A DNA stretch of 64,000 nucleotides from Octopus vulgaris (GCA_951406725.2 OX597832.1:51150001-51214000), one strand, 5' to 3'. Shown: positions 25,380-39,444, numbered from the stretch's first letter. The notes: generated by a model from the letters alone, not told the origin. Made by a program: numbers and translations.

Positions 25380-26010
25380 AGTTCTGCAAGATTAATTTGG
25401 ATGCTTACAGTTCAGAGTGGCACATGCACTGACCAGATAGTTACAGCCATCTTTGCCTGATATTCTCACTAACTTTTGGCAGGTTTCCATAAAAGCTTTC
25501 ATTTGTCGTATGTTGCTGCCATTTCACATTTAGAGCCATTTGTAGCATCCTTGTGTAGCAGCCATCTAGCCTGTTTGATAATTTCCTCTCACTGTTCACG
25601 TTCCACTGCCATATAATACCTATTTCTGTACTACCCACAAGGGGCTAAACGCAGAGAGGACAAACAAGGACAGACAAATGGATCAAGTCGATTACATCGA
25701 CTCCAGTGCGCAACTGGTACTTATTTAAATGACCCCGAAAGGATGAAAGGCAAAGTCGACCTCGGCGGAATTTGAACTCAGAATGTGAAGACAGATGAAA
25801 TACCGCCAAGCATTCCGTCCGGCGTGCTAACGATTCTGCCAGCTCGCCGCCTTTCGATTCTGCCAGCTCGCTGCCATATAAAACCACTGATTCAACAGTA
25901 ATAATGAAGGACCCATAACTATCTCTTCTACTTACTGGTGTGGTAGTATGCCTTATTTTTCCATCTGGCAGTGAGCCATTGTCAGTTGCCTATGGTAGTC
26001 TCACACTATC
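25380..26010 (-). mobile_element. LINE RT C-terminal fragment interrupted by a SINE B insertion
   Basis: TVESVVLYGS...LDGCYTRMLQMALNVKWQQHTTNESFYGNLPKVS. The SINE at ~25620-25870 is flanked by duplicated CTGCCATATAA. Confidence 0.7.
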
Positions 26011-26253
26011 TTTTTTGTTTTATCTTATTTTATTTATACATTGAGCATGGCCATTGCCAGTACCACCAGACTGGCCCTCGTGTCGGTGGCACGTAAAAGC
26101 ACCCACTACACCCTCGGAGTGGTTGGCGTTAGGAAGGGTATCCAGCTGTAGAAACTCTGCCAGATCAGATTGGAGCCTGGTGCAGCAATCTGGTTCGCCA
26201 GTCCTCAGTCAAATCGTCCAACCCATGCCAGCATGGAAAGCGGACGTTAAAGG

Positions 26254-26370
26254 ATGATGATGATGATGATGATGATGGTGATGGTGATGACGATGGTGAT
26301 GATGATGATGATGATGGTGGTGATGGTGATGATGATGATGGTGGTGATGGTGATGATGATGGTAGTGGTG

Positions 26371-26421
<51 letters not shown>

Positions 26422-26512
26422 ATGATGATGATGATAGTGATGATGATGATGGTGGTGGCGATGATGATGGTGGTGGTGGTGATGATGATGATGGTGGTGG
26501 TGGTGATGATGA

Positions 26513-26546
<34 letters not shown>

Positions 26547-26629
26547 GATGATGATGATGATAGTGATGATGATGATGGTGGTGGCGATGATGATGGTGAT
26601 GGTGGTGGTGGTGATGATGATGATGATAG

Positions 26630-26663
<34 letters not shown>

Positions 26664-26749
26664 GGTGGTGATGATGATGATGATAGTGATGATGATGATG
26701 GTGGTGGCGATGATGATGATGATGATGATGGTGATGGTGGTGGTGGTGG

Positions 26750-26789
<40 letters not shown>
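26254..26789. repeat. Compound (GAT/GGT)n trinucleotide expansion, ~535 bp
   Basis: Read directly from the sequence; it extends the (GAT)n tail of the family C element at 26045-26253. Confidence 0.95.
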
Positions 26790-26791
<2 letters not shown>

Positions 26792-28489
26792 ATTTGTTAG
26801 TTATTATTTTTTGTCTTGTCAGATGTTGAAAACTCTGACCACACAAGGTGCACTTTTTTATCATTGTTTTCATAATGATGAACAAGTTCCTCTCCAACCT
26901 CACTTTTGAGACAAGGAAGAATAACATTCAATAGCATTACAAGTATTAAAAAAAACAACAACAATAATCCAAACGTGAATAATTGGCAACTTTATTCAAT
27001 ATCACAAGAACAATTAATTCTTACAACAACCTTCCTACAAGATGACTACAAAAAAATATTATACATTATGATTTAATGGCTAAGATTTTAATGTAAATTA
27101 TATCAAACATTATAAGCTTATATATTATTCAGGGCTGACAACAACAGCTGGATTATTTGGACAAAAATTCAATTATCATACAACACAATATACATATATT
27201 TTTCATGTAGGTTTAAAACCGATATACTTTTAGATTCAGAAGTAAAATGTTATTGATATACTTTCTTCACAATATCATTAACTATATAAATATGTTAAAA
27301 TAACTTTGCTCAGGAATGAAAATCTATTCACAGCCTTTCTTCAGCAGGCACTCAACCATAAAAATACATAAATAATATAAAACTATGTTTGTTTCTGTGG
27401 CTAAGTGGCACGGTATGAAGAAATTTCAACAACAAACCTTTAAAATAAAATCACCGAGATTTTTGGAACTGTCCTTATATGTCTACTATGAAATAGGAAA
27501 TATTTCAACATGATCAATATTGAGTTATATATGCTTGTATTATCGAATCTCTATTTTCTCTTTATTTCCTTTTACTTTTTTCAGTTATCTTCACATGCTG
27601 TATTTCCATATGCACAAACACAATAATTCATGCAATAATGCACACTACATGCATTATTAATCCCTTCAATTATAGGCACAAGACCTGAAATTTTATGGGA
27701 TGGGCTACTTGGTTACATCAACCCCAGTGCACGAGTACTTATTTCAGCAACCCCAGAAAAATGAAAGGCAAACATGAAGATGAAATGCTGCTAAACATTT
27801 TGTTTGGCATGTTAATGATTCTGCCAGCTCGCTGCCTTAACTCTTTTGTTACCATATTTATTTTGAGATGCTCAGTGTTTCTTTCTATTATTTTATATAT
27901 AACAAAGAATTTAGTAAAATAACTTAGTCATCATTCAGCTGGTGTTAGGAACATAAATTGTAACTAAGGTTTGGTGGAAGATTTTAATTCAAAACTTATG
28001 AAAATAAGATATTTGGGTTGGTGTTGAAAGGGTTAAATGTGTCCTTTTAATGTGGTTAATGTTTTTTTTATAATTGTGTAAGAACTTGTGGAAGAGGAAC
28101 ATATTGAAGGATGCAGTTTAAAAGGATTGGGTTGGTGCAAGATTTTAATTCAAAACTTATGAAAACAAGACATTTGTACTACAGAGCCAGAACCGGTTTC
28201 AGCCGGGTTGATAATGAAAGGGTTAATATAATGCATTATCAATAGATACAATATTACTCAACAGAATCACATATACTTTTTTTTGTGACCCCCCTCCGGT
28301 CATGAATGACCATGGAATTGCACCTAGAAAGTTACCCTCTGAGGCACAAGTCTGGGCAAGGTTGTTTATGGAAGAACAGCAGTCACCCACACATACCAGC
28401 CTCCCCTCTCTGCGTCACTGATGTTATCTAAGGGAAAGGCAAAGACCGATACAGTTTGGCACCATTGACGTTGCAGCTCATTTATTAAC

Positions 28490-28797
28490 GTGCAAGTGGC
28501 TGAGCACTCCACAGATACATGCACCCTTAACGTAGATCTCGGGGAGATTCAGCGTGACACAGAGTGTGACAAGGCTGGCCCTTTGAAATACAGGTACAAC
28601 AGAAACAGGGGAAAAAGAGTGAAAGAAAGTTGTGGTGAAAGAGTACAGCAGGGTTCACCACAACCACCCTGCTGGGGCCTCGTGGAGCTTTAGATGTTTT
28701 CGCTCAATAAACACTCACAATGCCCGGTCTGGGAATCGAAACCACGATCCTACGACCGCGAGTCCGCTGCCCCAACCACTGGGCCATTGCGCCTCCT
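28490..28797 (-). mobile_element. tRNA(Arg)-like SINE, family D
   Basis: Minus strand GGAGGCGCAATGGCCCAGTGGTTGGGGCAGCGGACTCGCGGTCGTAGGATCGTGGTTTCGATTCCC has A and B boxes and a TCG anticodon-like loop. Confidence 0.75.
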
Positions 28798-30801
28798 ATA
28801 TACAGTCACATATAAAAGATAGGAAGTTATATGCAAGCTATAACCATGTGTGGTACGCCATTACTTAACCTTCTATGGCCAGATGTATACATCATTTGTT
28901 AATGGGCTTTGCTGACCTCTTACTTCAGGAAGTGAAGTAAAGAGTATTACAATACACATGCATTTTCAATAATTAGCTAAGTCAGTGAAGAGGAAATAGC
29001 TATAAATGGGAATTAATCCCCATTCATTGTTACTCCCGGCAATGATGAGTTATCTGCAAAAAAGGTCTAACGTCAGACTGTTTGCAGTGTTTGATTATCT
29101 CCCTTATCATTCTAAGCTCACGTTCTGGAGTCACCCATCGTTCTGGAGATCAATTAAGTACTAGTAACACACAGCAGTCAATTTAATCAACACTGTTTCT
29201 TTCCTTACAATTTTGTGACTGAATGCAAATATAGGAAGCCAGTACAGATTTTTATAATGACTGTAAAGTTCTTAGATTTATATAGAGACAGAAGCACGGA
29301 GCGTAAATATTCATGTTTGCATCTCATTAAACTGTGTAAGTGAAATGGCTAAAATTGTTTCAACATTTCTGCTGTCTCACTTCTATTCCTCTACTCAAAA
29401 TAATACTAAAGTTAATAAGATGTAATAAGATTATTAATAATCTTATTATTGATAAGATCATAATATTTTTGGACTATTATTCTCGTTAGTAATATTAACT
29501 ATTAACTACCACGCTAAATATTAACAATTACACTAAATATTTTATTAACTATTTATCACAACTGAAGATGAAATTAGAAGTAAAAAAAATTACTATCAAA
29601 TAAACAAGACTTTGCAAATATAAAAAAGTTAGTTTGTTTTACAACATTTCCACTATAATATTACTAATTATTTATCTCGCTCATTAGTGCAGATAAATCG
29701 TCAATTACTTGATCTTTCAGTAATTGAGAAATCCACATATCTGTGATCAGCACAATCAATATTTTCTGGGGAAGAGAACAGTAGATTATATCAACCCCAG
29801 TACTCAATTAGTATTTATCTTAATGACCCAGAAGAGATGAAAGCAAAACCAACCAAAGAGGGATTTAAATTGCAGAAATTAAAGAACTGTGCTACCAAAA
29901 ATCTGCAAAGCATTTTGTCTGATGTTCTGATGATTCTGCTAATCCACCAACCTCCACTTATAATTCTCCTAAAATTAATATAATATAAATTAGAATTAGT
30001 ATAATATAAATTGAGGCAGTGAGCTGGCAGGCTTGCTAGCAAAATGCTTAGTGGCATTTCATCTGTTTTCACATTCTGAGTTCAAATTTTGCTGAGGTCT
30101 ACTTTGCCTTTAATCTTTACAGAGTTGATAAAATAAATACCAGTTGAATATTGGGATCAATGTAACTGATATATCCCTCCCCACAAATTTCTGGCCTTGT
30201 GCCAAAATTTAAACCCATTCTTCTTCTTATTATTGTCCTCAAGGTAGCGAGCTGGCAGTCGTTAGCATGCCAGGCAAAATGCTTAATGGTGTTTTGCCCG
30301 TCTTTACATTTAAATTCCCCTGAGGTCAACTTCGTTTCCAGCCTTTTGGGGTTGATAAATTAAGTACCAGTTACGCACTGGGATCAATGTAATTGACTTA
30401 CTCCCTCTCCACAAATTTCAGGTCTTGTACCTATAGTAGAAAGGGTTATCATCATCATCATCATTGTTTAACGTCCGCTTTCCATGCTAGCATGGGTTGG
30501 ACGATGACTGAGGCCTAGCGAACCAGATGGCTGCACCAGGCTCCAATCTTGATCTGGCAGAGTTTCTACAGCTGGATGCCCTTCCTAACGCCAACCACTC
30601 CGTGAGTGTAGTGGGTGCTTTTATATGCCAATTAAGTGGTATTGGCAACGGCCACACTCAAATGGTGTTTTTTACGTGCCACCTGCACAGGAGCCAGTCC
30701 AGCGACACTGGCAACAACCTTGCTCGAATGTTTTTTTTATATCATCATCATCATCATCATCATCATCATTATTATTATTATTATTATCATTATTATTATT
30801 A

Positions 30802-30839
<38 letters not shown>

Positions 30840-32334
30840 TTTTATTTTTTATTTTTAAACTCAGGTTTTGTTAGAAATCCTGGAGTTTTGCATGTGTAGC
30901 TGGCTTGCTGCATGCAGCCTATGGTACCAAGCTATCTGTTCTAATACTTTGCTGATTAAAAAAAAAAGAAAAAAAAGAGCAAGTAATCTTATTTTTATCA
31001 CGTGCTTTTACTACAATTCTGAGCATAGCTCTGTGTACCTTGGGTATGTGTTGAAGTTTGTTTTGGTGTTGTCATTTTCACTGTATTGAAAGTGCTTTAT
31101 GTAGGTAGGATGTATGCAGTACCTAGTAGTGCTATTTTCTATATGTTACATATATATATTTGTTGAGTCCTGGTGTTTTGGTTCTGTATTTGTCTGCATG
31201 TTTTTAATCATACCTAACGTACCTATTATTATAGGGATTGTTTCTGTTTTTAGAACTTCATCATCATCACCACCACCACCACCACCATCATCATCAAGAA
31301 AACATTATTCTGAAACATTCAAATGTTAAGTGTCATTAATCAGTCAGATTCTAGAAAATTTTAAACCATTATTTTATTGAGTATTTTCCAATGATCTTTA
31401 ACATATATAATATTGATTTCTAATTTTGGCACAAAAATACATATTTTTCAGGAAAGGTACGGTTGATTAAACGAACCACTCTATTTGGCAATTACTTAAT
31501 TTTATTGAACCTGGAAGAACAACTGACAAGGATGACCTAGGCAAAGTATGAACTCAAAATATGGGAAGAGAGCATAAGTAAATATTGGTTTCTAATTCTG
31601 GCACAAGGCCAGCAACTTTGGGCAGGAGGTTAGTCGATTACATCAACTCCTCATCTCTTAAATGTAGAACAGCTGTTGGTTTGTTTACATTCCCATAACC
31701 TAGCAGTTCAACAAAAGACCACTACAATAAGTATCAAACTTAAATAGTAAGTACTGGGCTAGATTTGTCCAGCTAAAGCATTCAAGGTAGTACCCCAGTA
31801 TGGCCACAGTTCAATGACAGAAGCGAGTTAAAGATAAAAGATAAGAAGATAATCCGTAATGCAAAACACACTGTGAGACATCAACAGATTTCAGTTCCTA
31901 TTACACCTTTAATCCACAGAAGCCAGATCATTTAATGTTGGTTAATGTAACCCTTTCTCTTTGGGCACAAGGCCTGAAATTTTAGGGAAGGGGCTGAGTT
32001 GATAACATTAACCCCCATGCTCAACTGGTACTTAGTTTCCTAACCCTGAAAGGAAAAAAAACGTAAAGTCAACTTCAGCAGGATTTGAACTCAGATCATT
32101 GCTAGGCATTTTGTCCAGCTTGCTAACAACTCTGCCAGGTCACAAATTCTTAATGCTGGTTAAGTTAATAATAACAACCACTGATATCATTTCGTATTCC
32201 AACCTGTGTCATAGAAATTTCAATTTCATATTCAAACCACGCATCACCATGTCTGCATACATCCCCATGTCAGTGACGTGAGTGCAATTAATTTGCCTGC
32301 TAATAGAAAAAAACAACAACTCACCTTCAAATGT

Positions 32335-32494
32335 GTTTAGTGTGTGTGTGTGCATGTGTGTGAGACTGTGTGTGTGTGCATGTGTGAGACTGTGTGTGAG
32401 TGTGCATGTGTGTGAGACTCTGTGTGTGTGTGTGCATGTGTGAGACTGTGTGTGTATATAGATAGATGGGCAGGCGGACAGATAGAAATGAGTA

Positions 32495-32571
<77 letters not shown>

Positions 32572-32636
32572 ATGTGTGAGACTGTGTGTGTATATAGATA
32601 GATGGACAGGCAGACAGATAGAAATGAGTATGTGTT

Positions 32637-32690
<54 letters not shown>

Positions 32691-33616
32691 AGGGAGAGAG
32701 AGAGACTGTGTGTGTATATAGATAGATGGACAGGCAGACAGATAGAAATGAATATGTGTTTGGGTGTGTGTGTGTATGTATGTGTGTGGGTGTGTGAGGG
32801 AGAGAGAGAGAGAGACTGTGTGTGTATATATAGATGGACAGGCAGACAGATAGAAATGAGAATGTGTTTGGGTGTGTGTGTGTGTGTATGTATGAGTGTG
32901 TGTGTATGTGTGACCGTATGTGTGTGACTGTATGCGTGACCGTGTGTGTATATAGATAGATGGACAGGCAGAGAGATAGAAACGAATATAGGTTTGGGTG
33001 GGTGAGTGTGTATGCATGTGTGTGTGTGTTTGCATGTATGTGTGCAGTGTGTGTGTGTGTATGTGTGTGAGTGTGTGTGCGTGTGTGTGAGACTGTGTGT
33101 GTATATAGATAGATGGACAGGCAGACAGATAGAAACGAGTATGTGTTTGAGTGGGTGAGTGTGTATGCATGTGTGTGTGTGTTTGCATGTATGTGTGCAG
33201 TGTGTGTTTGAGTGTATGAGAGTGCGTGAGACTATATTTCTGTACATAGATAGCTAGACAGACAGATATGAATGTGTTTGTGCATACATGTGTGTATATA
33301 TGTCTTTGTTTGTTAGTTTATCTGTGTGTGTGTGTGTGTGTTTGTGTGTGTGTAAATACATAGATGCATGTATGTGCATGTGTGTAAGTATGTGTGACTA
33401 TATATGTATATAGATACATGAACACGCAGACAGATAGAAATTTGTATGTGTTTGGGTGGGTGGGTGTGTATGCATGCATGTGTGTGTGTGTGTGTGTGCA
33501 TGCTTGTGTGTGTGCTCGAGTGTATGAGAGTGCGTAAAACTATATTTATATATATGTACAGCTAGACAGACAGATATGAGTGTGTGTTTGTGTATGTGCG
33601 TGTGTGTGTTTGTGTA

Positions 33617-33671
<55 letters not shown>

Positions 33672-33705
33672 GCGCGCGTGTGTGTGCATGTGTGTGTGTG
33701 TTTGA
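32335..33705. repeat. Compound (TG)n minisatellite with a recurrent ~60-bp core
   Basis: GAGACTGTGTGTGTATATAGATAGATGGACAGGCAGACAGATAGAAATGA is repeated about every 120 bp between (TG)n tracts. Confidence 0.9.
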
Positions 33706-33875
33706 ATGTAAACTAAAAACCATCAGAACTTCAAGCCAGGGTTTGTGAAAGCTCTAGCTTTATAAAAAATCATGCTATCATATCATATTTGAAACGTTCT
33801 AATAAAAAGCTAATATTTGCCAACAAAAGCAAAATACACGAAAATATAATAAAACGATTTTTATCTTGAGGAGGT

Positions 33876-33988
33876 TTAAAACTTGTAAGTAAATGGAATA
33901 TTTAAATGGCCCAATTTTTCCTCCAATACTTTGTCAAACACTTCGCTCTGAGCAACAGTGAAATGATTTTTCCAATCTCCAACAGTAC
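33876..33988 (-). CDS. Cytosolic sulfotransferase (SULT1-like), last coding exon
   Basis: Acceptor TTTCTTAG| then (G)[36 protein letters not shown]. It completes the RKGxxGDWK motif and contains the KxxxTVxxxE dimerisation motif. Confidence 0.93.
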
Positions 33989-34139
33989 CTAAGAAAGAAA
34001 ATAAAAAAAGTAATTATCAAATTAAATTTTAATTAAAAAAAATGTTTGTATGTGAGTGTGTACGTGTGTGTGTGTGTGTGTGTGGGGGGGGTTGTGTGTG
34101 TTTGCTTTTGACAAGTAATTTTGTTTATAAATAGAAATC

Positions 34140-34543
34140 TACTCTCTTTTACTTGTTTCAGTCATTTGACTTTGGCCATGCTGGAGCACCACCTTTTCGT
34201 CGAGCAAATCGTCCCTAGGACTTATTCTCTGTAAGTCTAGTATTTATTCTATCAGTCTCTTTTGCCGAACCGCTAAGTTACAGGGACGCACACCAGCATC
34301 AGTTGTCAAGCGATGTTGGGGGGACAAACACAGACACAAACATATACACACATACACACACACACACATATATATATATACGACGGGCTTCTTTCAGTTT
34401 CCATCTACCAAATCTACTCACAAGGCTTTGGTCAGCCCGAGGCTACAGTAGAAGACATTTGCGCAAGGTGCCATGCAGTGAGACTGAACCCGGAACCGTG
34501 TGGTTCGTAAGCAAGCTACTTACTACATAGCCACTCCTACGCC
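34140..34543 (-). mobile_element. SINE family A copy
   Basis: Match to 133-549. Confidence 0.85.
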
Positions 34544-34839
34544 AATGAATTTTTCACCTCCGTTCTTTCTTATATTCATCATATGTATGTAGTTTTGATA
34601 CTATTGGTCAGAAAAATGAAATTAAGATAAAGAAAATTAAGATAAAGAAGACCTGGCAGGACAAGTGAGACCATAACCCATGGCCTCTACCTGGATGTAG
34701 CCGGTCCACTTATGCATACCTTTCCTTCTTGGGACACAAACCCTACTTGTGAAGACCTATTGAGGCAAGTGAAAATCAAAATCAAAATCGATCAACATCA
34801 ATGGAAATTGCAGCTGTGATACCAGTGCCGGTGGTATGT

Positions 34840-35243
34840 AAGAGAACCATCCAAATGTGGCCATTGCCAGTGCCGTCCTGACTGGCCTCGTGCCGGTGGC
34901 ACGTAAAAAGCACCATCTGATCGTGGCCGTTGCCAGCCTCACCTGGCCCCCATCCCGGTGGCACGTAAAGAGCACCATCCAATCGTGGCCGTTTGCCAGC
35001 CTCATCTGGCACGTAAAAAGCACCATCCGATCATGTCCGTTGCCAGTCTCGCCTGGTCCCTGTGCCGGTGGCACGTAAAAGCAACCACTACACTCACAGA
35101 GTGGTTGGCGTTAGGAAGGGCATCCAGCTGTAGAAACATTGCCAGATCAGACTGGGCCTGATGCAGCCATCTGGTTTGCCAGTCCTCAGTCAAATCATCC
35201 AACCCATGCTAGCATGGAAAGTGGACGCTAAACGATGATGATG
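34840..35243 (+). mobile_element. Family C retroposon with expanded ~45-bp internal subrepeats
   Basis: Several tandem GGCACGTAAAAAGCACCATCCGATCGTGGCCGTTGCCAG units precede the GGAAGGGCATCCAG 3' region. Confidence 0.75.
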
Positions 35244-35719
35244 AAAATGGTATGTACTGTATTTCAAGTATGCCCTCACTATTTCGTGTTGCTCTTCCCA
35301 GCTTGGAGAAGTCATGTACCTTCTCTTCAGCAAGACACTTGAGTCAGCTTACACTTTGTGAGTGTTATTGGAATAATCCAAAGCAGACATGTAGAGAACT
35401 ATGGAAATCTATGGGAGCCCATCAGATAGATTGTACCACCTACAATTCATAAAGTCTAGCCGTGTCACTCTGTGCCATATTCACTTTATCTGAGAATAAC
35501 AATAAGAGTATAGTGGAGAATAATTAGCCATTTAAATGCCAATTTATATTATACTTGCCACAGATGCCATACAGTGGGATCGAACCCAGGACCTTATGAT
35601 TGTGAAGCAAACTTCATAACCATTTGGCCATACTGTGACTACATACTGTACCAAATAAGGATGCTAAACAAGAAACTGGTTGGTCAGAAGTAAGAGAAGT
35701 TTAAAAAAATAAACTCTGC

Positions 35720-36115
35720 TTTACTCTCTTTACTCTTTTACTCTTTTACATTTGACTGCGGCCATGCTGGAGCACCGCATTTAGTTGAGCAAATCGACCC
35801 CGGGACTTATTCTTTGTAAGCCCAGTACTTATTCTATCGGTCTCTTTCGCCAAACCGCTAAGTGATGGGGACGGAAACACACCAGCATTGGTTGTCAAGC
35901 AATGCTAGAGGGACAAATACAGACACACAAACACACATATATATACATATATATACGACAGGCTTCTTTCAGTTTCCGTCTACCAAATCAACTCACAAGG
36001 CATTGGTCGGCCCGGGGCTATAGCAGAAGACACTTGCCCAAGATGCCACGCAGTGGGACTGAACCTGGAACCATGTGGTTGGTTAGCAAGCTACTTACCA
36101 CACAGCCACTCCTGT
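35720..36115 (-). mobile_element. SINE family A copy
   Basis: Match to 795-1197. Confidence 0.85.
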
Positions 36116-36884
36116 GTCTATTTACGGAAAATTTTACTAAAATGTGCTGTTTTTTTTTTGAAAACTAGCCATTATTCAATTGTCTAATACCATCGTTTTT
36201 GTTTCTTTTAATACTTATATGTAGGAATATACTTTCGCTGGTTAATATTCTAACCATTCAAAGGCGGCGAGTTGACAGAAATGTTGGCACACCAGGCAAA
36301 ATGCTTAGTAGTATTTCGTCTATCTTTACGTTCTGAGTTCAAATTCCATAGAGGTCGACTTTGCCTTTCATCCTTTTGGGGTCGATCTAATCAACTGGCC
36401 CCCTCTCCAAAGATTTCGGGCCTTGTACCTAGAGTAGAAAACAATATTCTAACCATTCACTAACCTTAGTTGTAAAATTAATAAATGCTTAAGAATAAAG
36501 GGAGAAAACTGCTGGTGCCTAAACTGAAGAAAATTCTTAAATAAATATAACGTTTTGGATTAATATTAAATAAATTATATACCATTTTCTTAATATTAAT
36601 TTCGTTAAAACTTAAGAAGCATTGTCTTAGATATGGATGTACACCATAATGTCAGGCACATGTGTGCTTTGTAGAGTGACAGTAACTGATCAAAGCTGAA
36701 TACTTTGTGGACATGAAATGTCTATCAATAAAAATGTGGTAGTTTCCCATTCATTAAGCTCCTCATTCATATATCAAAATAATTTATTCATGGTCACTTC
36801 CAAACACACACTTCTACATAGATTTTACAACCTTTCACTTGTCGTTAATCGTGCTTACATGAATACCATCCTTCAAAAGATTAA

Positions 36885-37310
36885 AATAATAATAATAATG
36901 AAATTATTGTATACAGTGCTCAGGTGCACCACAACTTGTCAGAAAGTGCATATAAAGTACATGCAGTAATGTAAAAATGTCTGGAAAGCAAACAATGTAT
37001 GAGTTAGATACATGTCTGTGTGTGTATGGAGGGGAGAAAATCAGGTGTAGTGTTGGCGAATCTCAGGAAGCATGGAAGTTTTGAAGGATGCAGTGCTCCG
37101 ACAACTAACAACTGATGCCAGCAGTTTGTTCCATGCTTCAGCAACTCTCAGCGTGAAAAAATGTTTCCGAAAGTCATGGGAGCTGTGCTGTTTTCTGACT
37201 TTGTAAACATGTGCACGGGTGTTAGATGGGTGGAGTTTGAAAAGGTACTCAGAGTTATTGCTTGTAAGATGGTTAATAATTTTATGAGTGTTGGCCAAGT
37301 CACACATAAA
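36885..37310 (-). mobile_element. CR1-like LINE 3' end with (ATT)n tail
   Basis: ORF 37041-37307 has NTRAHVYKV...RKHFFTLRVAEAWNKL, typical of the CR1 ORF2 C-terminus. Confidence 0.85.
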
Positions 37311-37841
37311 AATATTTTAAAGGGAATGAGACTTAAAATGATGACTGTCATTTAAGAATCCTTCCATCATCTTTGAAATATTGAACATGAAAGAGATAGA
37401 GTGATAGTTGGCAGTATTACAGAGGTTTTCACATGTTTTCATAAATTTTTGATAGAATCTCCACCTAGAAAGAAAGTTCCAGATGTATAGTTATGATAGG
37501 AGCAAAATATGGTGTGCATGTGTAGTGACCAAAAATATTATAATAATCCAGTTGGGTTGTATTTAGTTTCAATGCAATTAGAGCTGAATGTTGACATATT
37601 GTTTATATACAAGTCAAAATTCAGATTTAATCCTGTAATTTACAATTGACAATAAATGTATGAAAGAAAATATAGAATATACCGTACAGCATATGGATTA
37701 TTCAGTTTCATATAATAACATATTTCTAACTATGCTTTAAAATATGAGACCCAACAAGGATAAAATTAAGGTTATTCAGGTGTTCACTGGAAAGGGTTCA
37801 GGTATAATGTTATAAGTGGTTATTGTAGAAAGAATACATAC

Positions 37842-38016
37842 CTTTTCTCAGAAGTGGTGAGATATTTTTATTAATGGAATAGACATCTTCATGATTTGTC
37901 ATTGGGTTGGTTTTCATATTTTCAAATGAGCAATGCTTCACAATATCATCCACATTTTGATGGCTCAGAGATCGACCCAAAAACTTAGCCAGTTCTTCAA
38001 CAGATTTTGTGAGATT
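37842..38016 (-). CDS. SULT1-like sulfotransferase, internal exon (175 nt)
   Basis: TTTTAG|NLTKSVEELAKFLGRSLSHQNVDDIVKHCSFENMKTNPMTNHEDVYSINKNISPLLRK-G|GTATG. Phases fit the neighbouring exons. Confidence 0.93.
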
Positions 38017-38294
38017 CTAAAAAGAATTCAAGAGAAAAAATGTATGCTGTAAGTATCAGATAATTACCATACAGACACACACACACATATTAATGGATAC
38101 TACATGAACCAATTTGAGAAACAAAACAAGGAGTGTTGGAGTTGTGTTGTCCTTATGGCCATAAGGGCATAACTACCTCTCTTGTCACAAAAAATGCACC
38201 TAATACACTTTTTAAAGTGATTGACATTTGGCAGGGTATCCAGTCACAGAAACCAAGCCAAAGCAAGTCCACTAACAGGATTAAAAACATATTT

Positions 38295-38540
38295 CTGCCG
38301 GCATCAGTTGTTAGTTGTCGGAGCACTGCATTCTTCAAAACTTCCATGCTTTCTGAAATTCGCCAACACTATACCTGATTTTCTCCCCTCCATACACACA
38401 CAAGCATGTATCTGACTCATACATTATTCGCTTTCCAGACATTTGTACGTTACTGCATATATTTTATATACACTGTCTGACAAGTTGTGGTGCACCTGAG
38501 CACTGTATACAATAATTTCATTATTATTATTATTATTATT
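38295..38540 (+). mobile_element. CR1-like LINE 3' end, inverted relative to 36885-37125
   Basis: Reverse-complement match to 36885-37125. Confidence 0.85.
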
Positions 38541-38742
38541 CTTTAATATCATTTTACATTGAAAATATGAGCAGTTTAATTCACAATTTGATTCAGGGGT
38601 TTATTTCTTATTGACAACATTGAATCTAGCTGGAGCACCTTTTCTGTCAGATATTAGTGATACAGCACAATGATAAAATAAATGCACAGACAATATAGGG
38701 TTACACACGCATGAACACATGCACGCACGCACACACACACAT

Positions 38743-39260
38743 GACAGAAGCAAATAGACACCCTTATAATCATTAAAATTTATTTAAATCTGAAATTATA
38801 TATTCAAGTATTAAATATTCACATTATAACAATTAATGAATAATTATTTATTAATTGTTATAATGTAGATATTTAATACTTAGTAGATAGACATGCCCTT
38901 AGCATGTCTATCCTTAGGGTCCTTAGCATTTTACAATGCAAGGACCCTATTAGGCATGTTTCTGATCAAATGACAAATGTTCTCTTGCAGAATTTCTTGC
39001 TATGTTTCATGCAGTAATCTCAAAAGATCTGGCTTTGAAGATGCTTTCTTGTTCTTTTTATGAAGTTTTCTGTCCATTATGTCCCAGAGGTTTTCAACAG
39101 GGTTCATATCTGGTGACTGACTTGGCCATGGACGGTTTTTTATGTCATTCTCATCCAACAAATATTGGGTCATTTTAGCTGTGTGACAAGGAGCCCTATC
39201 TTCCATAAATAAAGAGTTGTCTTTAATCATTTCACTACAGGAGAAGATTGAAAGGAGTCT
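38743..39260 (-). mobile_element. Tc1 transposase 3' fragment
   Basis: FMEDRAPCHTAK...WPSQSPDMNPVENLW in ORF 39000-39434. Confidence 0.85.
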
Positions 39261-39444
39261 GTATTCATGTATAAATAACAGAGAGAGAGAGACTGAGAGA
39301 GGGAGAGAGGGGGAGAGAGAGGGGGGAGAGAGAGGGGGAGAGAGAGAGAGGGGGAGAGCGAGAGAGAGCGAGAGAGAGTCCGCTACAGATTTTAAGCTTT
39401 TTTTGCTGTGAAAGGTTATGCTGGATTTCTTCATTATATATATA

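Noticed and set aside
26254-26829. 191-aa Met/Val-rich ORF
   Set aside because: It is the translation of a GAT/GGT microsatellite, with no splice or homology context.
28725-28797. tRNA-Arg gene
   Set aside because: It continues into a SINE body shared with 18597-18868 and lacks a proper acceptor stem and terminator.
32327-33247. 306-aa and 283-aa His/Thr-rich ORFs
   Set aside because: They are translations of a (TG)n compound repeat.
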